Assembly (NCBI RefSeq): GCF_006345805.1
Contig: NC_043005.1
Coordinates: 26,226,001-26,290,000, forward strand
Direction: 5' to 3'
DNA from: Octopus sinensis
Taxonomy: Eukaryota
Length of the DNA: 64,000 nucleotides
A model generated the notes under the pieces. That model did not search any database. It had not been told where the DNA came from and saw only the letters and a program-made list of their open reading frames with translations. Position numbers and translations under genes: made by a program. Positions 49,271 to 62,399 of this stretch are shown piece by piece (the stretch's first letter is position 1; each line of letters opens with the position of its first letter).

Positions 49271-51753
49271 TATATAATATTAATTAGAGACAAAACCACT
49301 ATTTTGCAAAACAAACAAGGAAAGACTTAATCAATACATAAAATTTTAATAAAAAGTAAAAAAACCGCCACTACAATTGTTTCATGTCTTGATCGACAAT
49401 CTTCAGGTGGATTTCCGATCTAAAATATCAATATTTTAAAATATAAGTATAAAAAATAATAATTTTAAAATAATTAAAGTATCAATGAAAAAATATAAAT
49501 ATATAATCTATATATAACCTATATATAATCCATATATAATCAATATATAAACTAAAATAAACCTATCAACAATTAAATATAAAACAAAATAAAAATAAAC
49601 TATATATACACCCATACACATATAACTAATTATATATAACCATATCTAAATACATACACTAACTCACACACCTATATATATATCCCTATACATACACATA
49701 AAAACGTCTAGGCAACGATAAATAAATAAAATAGCCAAATACTTCAACACAATACTTATTCATACTCCCTCACACACACATACAACCCACATTCATAAAC
49801 AATATACGTATACCCGCTCACACATACATATACAAACATACAGAACTCGATATATACACCAATATATTCACACCCACAACTATACAGATAAATAAATTAC
49901 GCAAATAATCCCCCACACACACACACACCCATTCACACATACATAAACACTCAAAAGCAAAATAAACAATTCTTTGCACGTGGTGATCGAACGTTTTTTA
50001 TTTTAAATTATAAATGGAATAATATATAATCAACTTAAATATACAGAATCTACTACAAAACACCATTAAACCATCATGATAAATGAAACCCACATACATA
50101 TAATGATAAAACTCCCCCTACCATACACAATTACACCTATATAGCAATCCCATATACACATTCACACACAAATATACATACGTAAAACACACACACACAA
50201 CATATACGTATACCCCCTCACATATACATATACATACTTACTAAACTCGATATATACAACAATATTTTCACACCCACACTCATACAGATAAATAAATTAC
50301 ACAACTAAAATACGCACACACACACATTCACACATACATAAACACTCAAAAGAAAAACAACATTACTACACATAATACGATATATAAAATACTTCATAAG
50401 TAACCAGAATATCAAAAGTAACAAGATTAACATAATGAGAAAAAATATACATACTTTCAAGTCAGTTTCAAATTATGAAGTGAAATTAAATTCTAGCCGT
50501 TAAAAACGTGAAACAAAATTACGTTACCATAGGAACCTAACATATGTATAAAAAGAATTCGCGCTCTGGAAACTAACGTCATTTAAAATTATGAATGGAG
50601 AAATAGAATAAATGGAATTAAAAATTATATTCACGTGGTAAACGAACATTACTAAAAAATTATGAATGGAATAATGTAATAAAATAACAAACATCATAAA
50701 TAGACATAAATTACTACGAATTCTTTAATAAAACTACCATGATAAACTAAAACTCATAAATACATAAATGATAAAACCTCCCATTACTAAACTCTATAAC
50801 ATACCTATATAGCAATCCCCTTAACCTATACATTCACACACAAATACACACACGTAAACCACACACCCATGACATATACAAATACCCACCTCACTCACAC
50901 ATACCTATAAATACGTATAAACCTCAATATATACACCGAAAACCCACTCCCACCCCACACGGACAAATAAACACATACATCCCCAAAAATGGGCGCAATC
51001 CCACGCACACCAATCATGCATGTATACAAATTGCACACACATACAATGACAAAACTCCCCCCCCCATACACAATTACACCCACATAGCAATCTCCATATA
51101 TACATCCACACACAAACACATATACGCAAAACACACACACACAACACATACGTACACCCCCCACACACCCATATACATACGTACCAAACTCGACATACAC
51201 AACAATACGCTCACACCCACTCACATCCACTCACACACAGATAAACAAACTACACAACCAAAAAACGCACACACACACGTGTGCGTATTTTAGTTGTGCA
51301 ATTCACCCATCTGCATGAGTGCGGGCGCGAACACACTGTTGCACATATCGAGCCCAGCAAGCATGCATATGTACATGTGAGGGGGCACACGCACATGCCG
51401 TGCGCGTGTGCCCCACACATGTATACCCGTGCGCGAATGTACACATGGAGACTGCCACACAGGTACAATCGTGCATGGCAAAGGGAGCCCCATCACTACA
51501 CGTATATGGGCCCCATTCATCACGATGGTCCACCAACAATTCGTAGCAAACTCCGCACATTCAAGTCGATCACACATCACTCCCGTGTATGCAACTGCAC
51601 ACATACACGACCGATGCGCGCGAGACCGCACCCACCCTCAAGGATACATACGCTCACCCATCCGCACGGATGTGGAAGCGAATTTTATTAAAATTTTATG
51701 TATTGATTAAGTCTTTCCTTGTTTGTTTTGCAAAATAGTGGTTTTGTCTCTAA

Positions 51754-51766
<13 letters not shown>
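49271..51766. mobile_element. 2.5-kb segment bounded by ~84-bp perfect inverted repeats, Penelope-associated
   Basis: 49271-49354 is the reverse complement of 51683-51766; hammerhead just inside the left arm; degenerate internal direct repeats (AACTCGATATATACAC at ~49845, 50245, 51187). Confidence 0.6.
49368..49410 (-). ncRNA. Minimal type-I hammerhead ribozyme motif (predicted)
   Basis: CCAC-CUGAAGA-U-UGUC-GAUCAA-GACA-U-GAA-ACAAUUGU-A-GUGG: canonical core, GUA triplet, palindromic stem III. Confidence 0.65.
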
Positions 51767-51840
<74 letters not shown>

Positions 51841-51937
51841 TATATATAATATACATAATGAAAATAGTAATGCAATACGAGAGTATTGCTTTCCAGCAAA
51901 GGATAGCCCGTGAGGGTAAAATTATACTTATAAAAGC

Positions 51938-52004
51938 AAATAAATGGCACAACGAAGCACCGATATTTTCCAGTAATATCGGTGCTTCGTTGTGCCATTT
52001 ATTT
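51938..52004. repeat. Perfect 30-bp inverted repeat with a 7-nt loop
   Basis: AAATAAATGGCACAACGAAGCACCGATATT-TTCCAGT-AATATCGGTGCTTCGTTGTGCCATTTATTT. Confidence 0.9.
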
Positions 52005-52499
52005 ACTTTTATATATATATATATGTATGTACTAGCTGACGTAGCCGGTAATTCCCGAGAAAACGGGACTTATCCCTTGGTTCCGTTCTCATAATTGTTT
52101 CGCTAATCCAATAACAACAATACAAAGTATGTAGCCCTTAAAACAGTCTTTGTGCATTTACAGAGATACCGAACTGTCTTACACGGGATCTTGTTTTTAG
52201 GAATTCCCAATAAGTGATAAATACCCAAATTGTGAAGTCAGTTATGTAATAACATGAAGTTACTTACCCGATAGTAAGAATTCGAATAAAGTGGCCCCGA
52301 AAAGGGCTTTAATGCGTTCCGGTACATGTACAGGAACTGTACAGTACTTGCACAGCACTAGTACTGGTAGTTGGTACCAGTATATGGAATACTAAAATAT
52401 GGTCGGGCTTAATACAAATTGTCACCTTGTTTCTGTTGATATCTTAAAATAATCTTGTCTGGGGATATAGCAGTTGCGTCAGTTCTTCTGGAAATGGAC

Positions 52500-52593
52500 A
52501 TACCTGCATACATACATACATACAAACATACATACATACATACATACATACATACATACATACATACATACATACACACACACATACATACAT

Positions 52594-52626
<33 letters not shown>

Positions 52627-52913
52627 TACATACATACATACACACACATACATACATACATACATACATACACACACACATACATACATACATACATACA
52701 TAGACACACACATACATAAATACATACATACACACATACATACACACACACATACATACATACATACACACACATACATACATACACACATACACACACA
52801 CATACATACATACATACATACATACATACATACGCACACACATACATACATACATACATATACACACATACATACATACTACATACATACATACACACAT
52901 ACCATACATACAT

Positions 52914-52946
<33 letters not shown>

Positions 52947-53075
52947 TACATACATACATACATACACACACATACATACATACATACATCACCAACACAC
53001 ACACCACATACATACATACATACATCATAAATACATACATACATACATACATACATACATACATACATACATACA
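52500..53075. repeat. Long (ACAT)n/(AC)n microsatellite
   Basis: Directly visible; similar tracts at 53335-53610, 59200-59630, 60240-60328, 60545-60612 and 62035-62285. Confidence 0.95.
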
Positions 53076-53077
53076 AA

Positions 53078-53335
53078 CAAGTTCAGGTTTATACCTGTAA
53101 TTATTGGAGCCCTAATATGTAAAACATTACCTAAATACCAATTTTGAGAAACTAGGTTTCTTAGGACCAGAAAGGAGAAAGCTGATTCGAAGACTACAGA
53201 TCCAATTCATCATTGGAACTGTAGAAATCTGTAAAACTATCCAGATGTTTATCATTTAAATATAAATGAGCATGTCTAGATATGTAGCTATATGCATGAG
53301 AATACATACATAAAGCAAAACATACAAATCTGTAC
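53078..53335 (+). mobile_element. R4/Dong-like LINE 3' fragment in (ACAT)n
   Basis: KFRFIPVIIGAL..EKLGF..LIRRLQIQ..GTVEICKTIQMFII*; (ACAT)n on both sides. Confidence 0.78.
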
Positions 53336-53360
53336 ATACATACATACATACATACATACA

Positions 53361-53393
<33 letters not shown>

Positions 53394-53428
53394 GCATACA
53401 TGCTTACATACATACATACATACGTACA

Positions 53429-53461
<33 letters not shown>

Positions 53462-53480
53462 GCATACATACATACATACA

Positions 53481-53513
<33 letters not shown>

Positions 53514-53610
53514 GCATACATATATGCATACATACATACATACATACATACATACATACATACATACATACATACATACATACATGCATATATGCATACA
53601 TACATACATA

Positions 53611-54765
53611 CAAAGATATGCATGCTGGTGGGTGAAGTAGAAGGAGGGGTGAGCGGAGGAAGAGGTGAATACATAAAGAAGTAAACACCAAAAACAGCTA
53701 ACAATATGGTGTGGCTATGAACTCTTTAACCGTATGTGTGTGAGACAATGTGTGCGTGCGCGAGCGTTTGCATATGCATACGTGTGTGGTGTGTGTGTTC
53801 GCGCGCGCACGGTGGTATGTGTTAAGTGTCATTAAAGAACTTCGGTAAGACATAGTACAGTGCATATATTATCCCCCCCTTGGCAAGTAGTCTCCCTTGC
53901 AAATTCCAGGGAGGCTACTTAGTACTCTACTTGCAATTTTTTTCAGAAAATGTTTACTTGATTTCTTAGAGCTCAGAAAATTGAGATTGTTATAATCGGT
54001 TATAACTGGTACCATAGAGTTAGATTAATGAATTATAAAAATAAATTTGGATATCAATATAGGCAAAATGTAGCTGAAGAAGTCATTTGCCGAAGGCCAG
54101 CCAATGACATGGCATTCAACACAAGTGACAGATATGAATTTAACCCTGCGCAGCTTTAATTTCATTGGTTCCTAGCAGTTGTTATTAATAACTTTGAGAC
54201 AGCATTTTAGATCAGGATTGGTTATGCATGTGTTGATGCAGATCAGATGCAGTTGAGCCTGGAGGTGCCGGCTGTACGTGATTCTCATGAGATTTCATGT
54301 GGTTTATATAACCTGATTTGCTGAGGACACATTGAAGAGGAGTCAAATAAGCGTGGCTGTGTCAGTTTGCTAACCTCAAGTCGCTTTTGTGTTTTCAGTC
54401 TGTTCGTACGCACCTTTTTTTGTTTTTTAGTATTCTAAGTTTCAGCTTTTCCCGAACTAGTTTGAGGTGTGTGTCATATTCTGCACTGCAGAGCTGCACT
54501 TTCAGGCTACAGATGTCCTAATAGAGCAGCGTTTTTCAAACTGTGGTTCCCGACACTTCGATGGGTCGTGAGATAAATAAAATGGGTCGCGACAAGAAAA
54601 ATTTGAAAAACGCTGCAGTAGATGACGCTTGCATGTCAAAACAAGGTCAGTCGTGTAGCTCTGCTTTGAAGAAGGAAGAATGCAACACGCCATGCATCCA
54701 ACTAATTGCAGTGGCTACGAACTCTCTAACTATCTGTGTGTGTGTGTATGTGCGTGCGTGCGTGC

Positions 54766-54856
<91 letters not shown>

Positions 54857-56681
54857 TGTGTGTGTGTGTGTGTGTGGTGTGTGTGTGTGTGTGTGTGTCA
54901 AAATATAAAACAGACCAAGAAGTGAAATGAAATGATGTCCAGACATTTGTAGGTGATTAAATTTAAGTGATAAAAAAATATTGTACAACAGTTTTGCCAC
55001 TTGCTTGGTGCTATCGTAGGTTCCAGTGGCAAGTACTGGAAGAAGAGGTTCCCGTCATTTTCAGGCGAAGCCGTGGGGAAAACAGATCTTCCAGAAGTAT
55101 ATATTTATGTTGTGTTTTTAACGCATCACGTCTGTAAGGGATTTTATCTTGAACGAAAATCGCAGTATATTGCCTCTCAGCAGCATATATATTTTAAGTA
55201 TGATAGATGGATAGTTTTACATATATACATACATATATGCATGCATACATTGCAGTACCAGGCAGTGGCTTCATGGATTCTCATCTTAACTGTTGGAAGT
55301 GTTCTCAAGTTCCAAATGTGAATTTATCTGTGTTAGCTATATCTCAAAGATGGAGCCTTGTATGTTTGTTGGAAGATTTATAATGAATGAAAATAGAAGA
55401 GACACACTTACATACATAATACATACATACATACATAACATACATACATACATACATACTACATACATACATATATGCATACATGCTTACATACATACAT
55501 ACATACATACATGCATATATGCATATATACATACATACAAAGATATGCATGCTGGTGGGTGAAGTAGAAGGAGGGGTGAGCGGAGGAAGAGGTGAATACA
55601 TAAAGAAGTAAACACCAAAAACAGCTAACAATATGGTGTGGCTATGAACTCTTTAACCGTATGTGTGTGAGACAATGTGTGCGTGCGCGAGCGTTTGCAT
55701 ATGCATACGTGTGTGTGTGTGTGTGTGTTCGCGCGCGCACGGTGTGTATGGTTAAGTGTCATTAAAGAACTTCGGTAAGACATAGTACAGTGCATATATT
55801 ATCCCCCCCTTGGCAAGTAGTCTCCCTTGCAAATTCCAGGGAGGCTACTTAGTACTCTACTTGCAATTTTTTTCAGAAAATGTTTACTTGATTTCTTAGA
55901 GCTCAGAAAATTGAGATTGTTATAATCGGTTATAACTGGTACCATAGAGTTAGATTAATGAATTATAAAAATAAATTTGGATATCAATATAGGCAAAATG
56001 TAGCTGAAGAAGTCATTTGCCGAAGGCCAGCCAATGACATGGCATTCAACACAAGTGACAGATATGAATTTAACCCTGCGCAGCTTTAATTTCATTGGTT
56101 CCTAGCAGTTGTTATTAATAAACTTTGAGACAGCATTTTAGATCAGGATTGGTTATGCATGTGTTGATGCAGATCAGATGCAGTTGAGCCTGGAGGTGCC
56201 GGCTGTACGTTGATTCTCATGAGATTTCATGTGGTTTATATAACCTGATTTGCTGAGGACACATTGAAGAGGAGTCAAATAAGCGTGGCTGTGTCAGTTT
56301 GCTAACCTCAAGTCGCTTTTGTGTTTTCAGTCTGTTCGTACGCACCTTTTTTGTTTTTTAGTATTCTAAGTTTCAGCTTTTCCCGAACTAGTTTGAGGTG
56401 TGTGTCATATTCTGCACTGCAGAGCTGCACTTTCAGGCTACAGATGTCCTAATAGAGCAGCGTTTTTCAAACTGTGGTTCCCGACACTTCGATGGGTCGT
56501 GAGATAAATAAAATGGGTCGCGACAAAAAAATTTGAAAAACGCTGCAGTAGATGACGCTTGCATGTCAAAACAAGGTCAGTCGTGTAGCTCTGCTTTGAA
56601 GAAGGAAGAATGCAACACGCCATGCATCCAACTAATTGCAGTGGCTACGAACTCTCTAACTATCTGTGTGTGTGTGTGTGC

Positions 56682-56760
<79 letters not shown>

Positions 56761-58551
56761 TGTGTGTGTGCGCGTGTGTGTGTGTGTGTGGTGTGTGTGT
56801 GTGTGTGTGTCAAAATATAAAACAGACCAAGAAGTGAAATGAAATGATGTCCAGACATTTGTAGGTGATTAAATTTAAGTGATAAAAAATATTGTACAAC
56901 AGTTTTGCCACTTGCTTGGTTGCTATCGTAGGTTCCAGTGGCAAGTACTGGAAGAAGAGGTTCACGTCATTTTCAGGCGAAGCCGTGGGGAAAACAGATC
57001 TTCCAGAAGTATATATTATGTTGTGTTTTTAACGCATCACGTCTGTAAGGGATTTTATCTTGAACGAAACCGCAGTATATTGCCTCTCAGCAGCATATAT
57101 ATTTTAAGTATGATAGATGGATAGTTTTACATATATACATACATATATGCATGCATACATTGCAGTACCAGGCAGTGGCTTTCATGGATTCTCATCTTAA
57201 CTGTTGGAAGTGTTCTCAAGTTCCAAATGTGAATTTATCTGTGTTAGCTATATCTCAAAGATGGAGCCTTGTATGTTTGTTGGAAGATTTATAATGAATG
57301 AAAATAGAAGAGACACACTTACATACATACATACCATACATACATACATACATAACATACATACATACATGCATATATGCATACATACATACATACAAAG
57401 ATATGCATGCTGGTGGGTGAAGTAGAAGGAGGGGTGAGCGGAGGAAGAGGTGAATACATAAAGAAGTAAACACCAAAAACAGCTAACAATATGGTGTGGC
57501 TATGAACTCTTTAACCGTATGTGTGTGAGACAATGTGTGCGTGCGCGAGCGTTTGCATATGCATACGTGTGTGTGTGTGTGTTCGCGCGCGCACGGTGTG
57601 TATGGTGAAGTGTCATTAAAGAACTTCGGTAAGACATAGTACAGTGCATATATTATTCCCCCTTGGCAAGTAGTCTCCCTTGCAAATTCCAGGGAGGCTA
57701 CTTAGTACTCTACTTGCAATTTTTTTCAGAAAATGTTTACTTGATTTCTTAGAGCTCAGAAAATTGAGATTGTTATAATCGGTTATAACTGGTACCATAG
57801 AGTTAGATTAATGAATTATAAAAATAAATTTGGATATCAATATAGGCAAAATGTAGCTGAAGAAGTCATTTGCCGAAGGCCAGCCAATGACATGGCATTC
57901 AACACAAGTGACAGATATGAATTTAACCCTGCGCAGCTTTAATTTCATTGGTTCCTAGCAGTTGTTATTAATAAACTTTGAGACAGCATTTTAGATCAGG
58001 ATTGGTTATGCATGTGTTGATGCAGATCAGATGCAGTTGAGCCTGGAGGTGCCGGCTGTACGTTGATTCTCATGAGATTTCATGTGGTTTATATAACCTG
58101 ATTTGCTGAGGACACATTGAAGAGGAGTCAAATAAGCGTGGCTGTGTCAGTTTGCTAACCTCAAGTCGCTTTTGTGTTTTCAGTCTGTTCGTACGCACCT
58201 TTTTTTGTTTTTTAGTATTCTAAGTTTCAGCTTTTCTCGAACTAGTTTGAGGTGTGTGTCACATTCTGCACAACACAGCTGCGCTTTGAGGCTACAGATG
58301 TCCTAATAGAGCAGCGTTTTTCAAACTGTGGTTCCCGACATTTCGATGGGTCGTGAGATAAATAAAATGGGTCGCGACAAAAAAATTTGGAAAACGCTGC
58401 AGTAGATGACGCTTGCATGTCAAGACAAGGTCAGTCGTGTGGCTCTGCTTTGAAGAAGGAAGAATGCAACACGCCAGGCATCCAACGATTTGTAGTGGCT
58501 ACGAACTCTCTAACTATCTGTGTGTGTGTGTGTATGTGCGTGCGTGCGTGC

Positions 58552-58645
<94 letters not shown>

Positions 58646-59198
58646 TGTGTGTGTGTGTGTGTGTGGTGTGTGTGAGTGTGTGTGTGTCAAAATATAAAAC
58701 AGACCAAGAAATGAAATGAAATGATGTCCAGACATTTGTAGGTGATTAAATTTAAGTGATAAAAAATTCTAGTACAACACTTTTGCCACTTGCTTGGTTG
58801 CTATCGTAGGTTCCAGTGGCAAGCACTGGAAGAAGAGGTTCACGTTATTTTCAGGCGAAGCCGTGGGGAAAACAGATCTTCCAGAAGTATATATTTATGT
58901 TGTGTTTTTAACGCATCACGTCTGTAAGGGATTTTATCTTGAACGAAAATCGCAGTATATTGCCTCTCAGCAGCATATATATTTTAAGTATGATAGATGG
59001 ATAGTTTTACATATATACATACATATATGCATGCATACATTGCAGTACCAGGCAGTGGCTTTCATGGATTCTCATCTTAACTGTTGGAAGTGTTCTCAAG
59101 TTCCAAATGTGAATTTATCTGTGTTAGCTATATCTCAAAGATGGAGCCTTGTATGTTTGTTGGAAGATTTATAATGAATGAAAATAGAAGAGACACAC

Positions 59199-59200
<2 letters not shown>
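53611..59200. repeat. Tandem array of three ~1.9-kb units separated by (ACAT)n
   Basis: CAAAGATATGCATGCTGGTGGG at 53611, 55538 and 57396; each unit ends in a LINE-type tail ..AATAGAAGAGAC. Confidence 0.92.
54527..54615. mobile_element. Small hAT-type MITE (repeated in each 1.9-kb unit)
   Basis: TIR CAGCGTTTTTCAAA / TTTGAAAAACGCTG; flanks TAATAGAG and CAGTAGAT. Confidence 0.7.
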
Positions 59201-59229
<29 letters not shown>

Positions 59230-59482
59230 CATACATACATACATACATACATAATACATACATACATGCATACGTAAATACCTACACACATACATACCTT
59301 CATACATACACACACTCATACACACATATATACACACATACATACACACATACATACGTACACACATACATATATACATACATACACAAACAAACATACA
59401 CACATACATACATGCATTGTATACATAAATACATACATACATACATACATACATACATGCATTGCATACATACATACATACA

Positions 59483-59514
<32 letters not shown>

Positions 59515-59631
59515 CATACATACATACATACATATGCATACATACATACATACTTACATACGTACGTAATTACGTACATTCGTACATACGTATGTTCTTT
59601 AATACGTACATTAATACGTGCGTGCGTACGT

Positions 59632-60240
59632 ACAAATATCATAAAGGTACTACCTCTCTTCTGCGTCATAACGTTGTCACAAAAACAACATACAATGCCA
59701 TTTGGAACAAAAAAAAAGCTGTCCTGGAATAAACATAGAGGATCCCCCTGTTTTTGAATACATACACAAGTACTAGCACAAATGTCCCATCAAAACATCT
59801 GTCAGGTGTAAGCAAAACAGGCCGGATACTGTTGTTTGAATCAGACAAGAAAAGGTATGTCCCGTCATAGAGGTCAGCTGTCCTGTTGATGTCAGAGAAA
59901 GAAGATAATTATGGGCAACTGCTTGGAAATCTCCAGCTTCTATATCCGGATTACAAATTTACGTTTATGCCAAGAATAATTGGAGTGTTTGGTTTTGTAC
60001 GTAAATGCCTAACTGTCAGCCTGGGTAAGCTTGGATTTTCAAAAAAGGAAATCAACCAACAGATTCGCGCATTATAAATACAATCTGTAAGCGGAAGAGT
60101 AAATCTATGCAAGGCTTTTCACGGGTTTAAAATGTGACATTGTTTTCGTTATCTACATTCCAAAGATGGAGTTTGTATCTTTGTCAGAAACCAGATCCTT
60201 CTTCAGATAAAGAATTTAAATGATTTAAATACAGAAAAGA
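59632..60240 (+). mobile_element. R4/Dong-like LINE C-terminus with restriction-like endonuclease (RLE) and 3' UTR
   Basis: RYY..LRHNVV..NRPDTVV..VIEVSCPVD..EKEDNYGQL..LYPDYKF..IIGVFG..QSVSG..CK; ends directly in (ACAT)n. Confidence 0.82.
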
Positions 60241-60329
60241 CATACATACATACATACATACATACATACATACATACATACATACATACATACATACATA
60301 CATACATACATACATACATACATACATAG

Positions 60330-60545
60330 TGACAGGCTGGCTCGTACATTGCAAGTCCAGTCTGTGAGCGGAACAGTAAAAATATACAAGATTTTTCTCA
60401 AGTTCCAAATGTGAATTTGTCTGTGTTAAGTTAACACAGACAAATTCACATTTGGAACATCTCAAAGATGGAGCCTTGTATGTTTGTTGGAAATCAGCTC
60501 CCTCCTCAGTGGAAGATTTATAATGAATGAAAAATAGAAGAGACA
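60330..60545 (+). mobile_element. R4/Dong-like LINE 3' fragment in (ACAT)n with an internal palindrome
   Basis: LQVQSVSGTVKIYKIFLKFQM*; palindrome at 60402-60458. Confidence 0.8.
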
Positions 60546-60929
60546 TACATACATACATACATACATACATACATACATACATACATACATACATACATAC
60601 ATACATACATACATCACAGCTGCATCCTTGTTACACGAGAAAAGCCATTGCCAAGAAAACTTACTGAAATGATTCATAATTGTTGCCATGTGATGCCCTT
60701 ATATGACTTTTAAGCCCGGCCAAGCTTTTACACATTTTATTACATACTGGACAATTGTGCTGGCTGGCAGAAGAAACAAGTGCCACCATATGCACTCTCT
60801 TAACATGTCTTTTTAGACCCCCAACTGAGAGGCACACCCTTCCACATTTTACACATAACGTTCTATTATGAATTTAAACAGCATTGTTTATCATGGGTCG
60901 ATTTCTATGAGAATTTTGGTGGCTCACCA

Positions 60930-62186
60930 GGCCTGCATGACTCAAACACTTCCACTTACAAACCACACACATAAAAAGCAACACTCTCTCACTTTCCACA
61001 GGTTCTCCCCTTCTAAGCACCCTCTTAATTTTCTCATACTTCACCCTCTGCCTCTCAAAACTTGAACAACCATCATGTACTATCTTCCTCCATTCATCAC
61101 GGTCTTGTGCCTCACTCTCCTAATTACCAGCTGCAATTCCTGTCTGTATTACAGCCTTTTTTCAGGCGATCCTTAAACCTTAGTTTAGGTTTATGCGCTG
61201 GTCTCCTGCCATCTTCCAGCTCACCATACAATAGCTGGTTGGGTAGTCGCTCATCACTCATCCTTACCAAATGTCTCCCTCACCTCAAACGTCTTTGCAA
61301 AATCATTGACTCTATACTTCTACTGCCACTCCTCTCAAGCACCTCCAAATTACTAATGGCCATTTTCCAGTTTATCCCCAAAATTTTTCTCAGACAGTAT
61401 TGATGAAATCGTTCCAATTGCCCTACCTGCCTTTGGTAAAAAAAAAAAAAAACATGCCTTACTTCCATATAGCAAAGATGGGAGGACGCATGTGTTATAT
61501 ACCTTAACTTTAATTTGTGAAGATATATTATGTTGTTTCCATAGACGCCTACCAAAAGCACTACTAGCCCTGCTGATTCTGTATGAAATTTCATCAAGAC
61601 CAGCAGTGCTCAAGGCACTTCCTAAATAAATAAATCTAGGTACAGTCTCCAACCTTTGACCATTCACAGTTATAAAAGGTTCCACATACCCCTTGGAGGG
61701 AGTGGGCTGGTACATTATAAGCTTTCTTTTTTAGATTGATTGCTAGACCCATTGCTGCACATGCTGCAGAAATTGCATTCACCATGTGCTGCATATCTTT
61801 CTGAGAATGTGCCAACAGGTCACAATCATCTGCATACAGAAACTCAAAAAGGTAAGAATGCAGAACTTTCGTTTTGGCACAGAGTTTTTTGAGATTGAAC
61901 AGTTTTCCTGTTGTCCTATATCTTACATAGACCCCTTCAGGGAAATTTTAAAAGCTATTTGAAAGACTATTGCGAACTGTATAGCAAACAGTGCTGGAGC
62001 AGGAATATCACATTGCTTTACACCATTTTCTGCATACATACATACACACATACATACATACATGCATACATACATACATACATACATACATACATACATA
62101 CATACATACATACATGCAGACACATACATACATACATACATACATACATGCACATACATACATACATGCATACATACATACATACA

Positions 62187-62220
<34 letters not shown>

Positions 62221-62390
62221 CATACATACATACATACATACATACATACATACATACATACATACATACATACATACATACATGCTTAACAAGCACTTGT
62301 GGAAAAGCTTATTACCGATAAAGACGAAATCTAGACGCTGGTCGAAGAACTCCGCAACCGCAGGCGAATTCTTGAACAAGATTGCATAAA
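60930..62390 (-). mobile_element. RTE-clade LINE remnant split by (ATGT)n
   Basis: NGVKQ, FIYLGS, RISRASSAFG, KVYNTCVLPSLLYGS, LERFHQYCLRKILGI, QRRLRW. Confidence 0.85.
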
Positions 62391-62399
62391 TTACAACTT

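Noticed and set aside
52028-52400. ACTAGCTGACGTAGCCGG start resembling non-autonomous Helitron/Helentron ends
   Set aside because: Single copy, no confirming terminal hairpin or second end identified.
55015-55100. Possible exon in the 1.9-kb unit (TAG^GTTCCAG..GAA^GTATAT; GSSGKYWKKRF..)
   Set aside because: No recognisable homology or partner exons; splice-like dinucleotides are expected by chance.
57616-57798. ITDYNNLNFLSSKK resembling a Gypsy RNase H motif (TDHxNL)
   Set aside because: Too short, with no flanking RT or integrase motifs and no LTRs.
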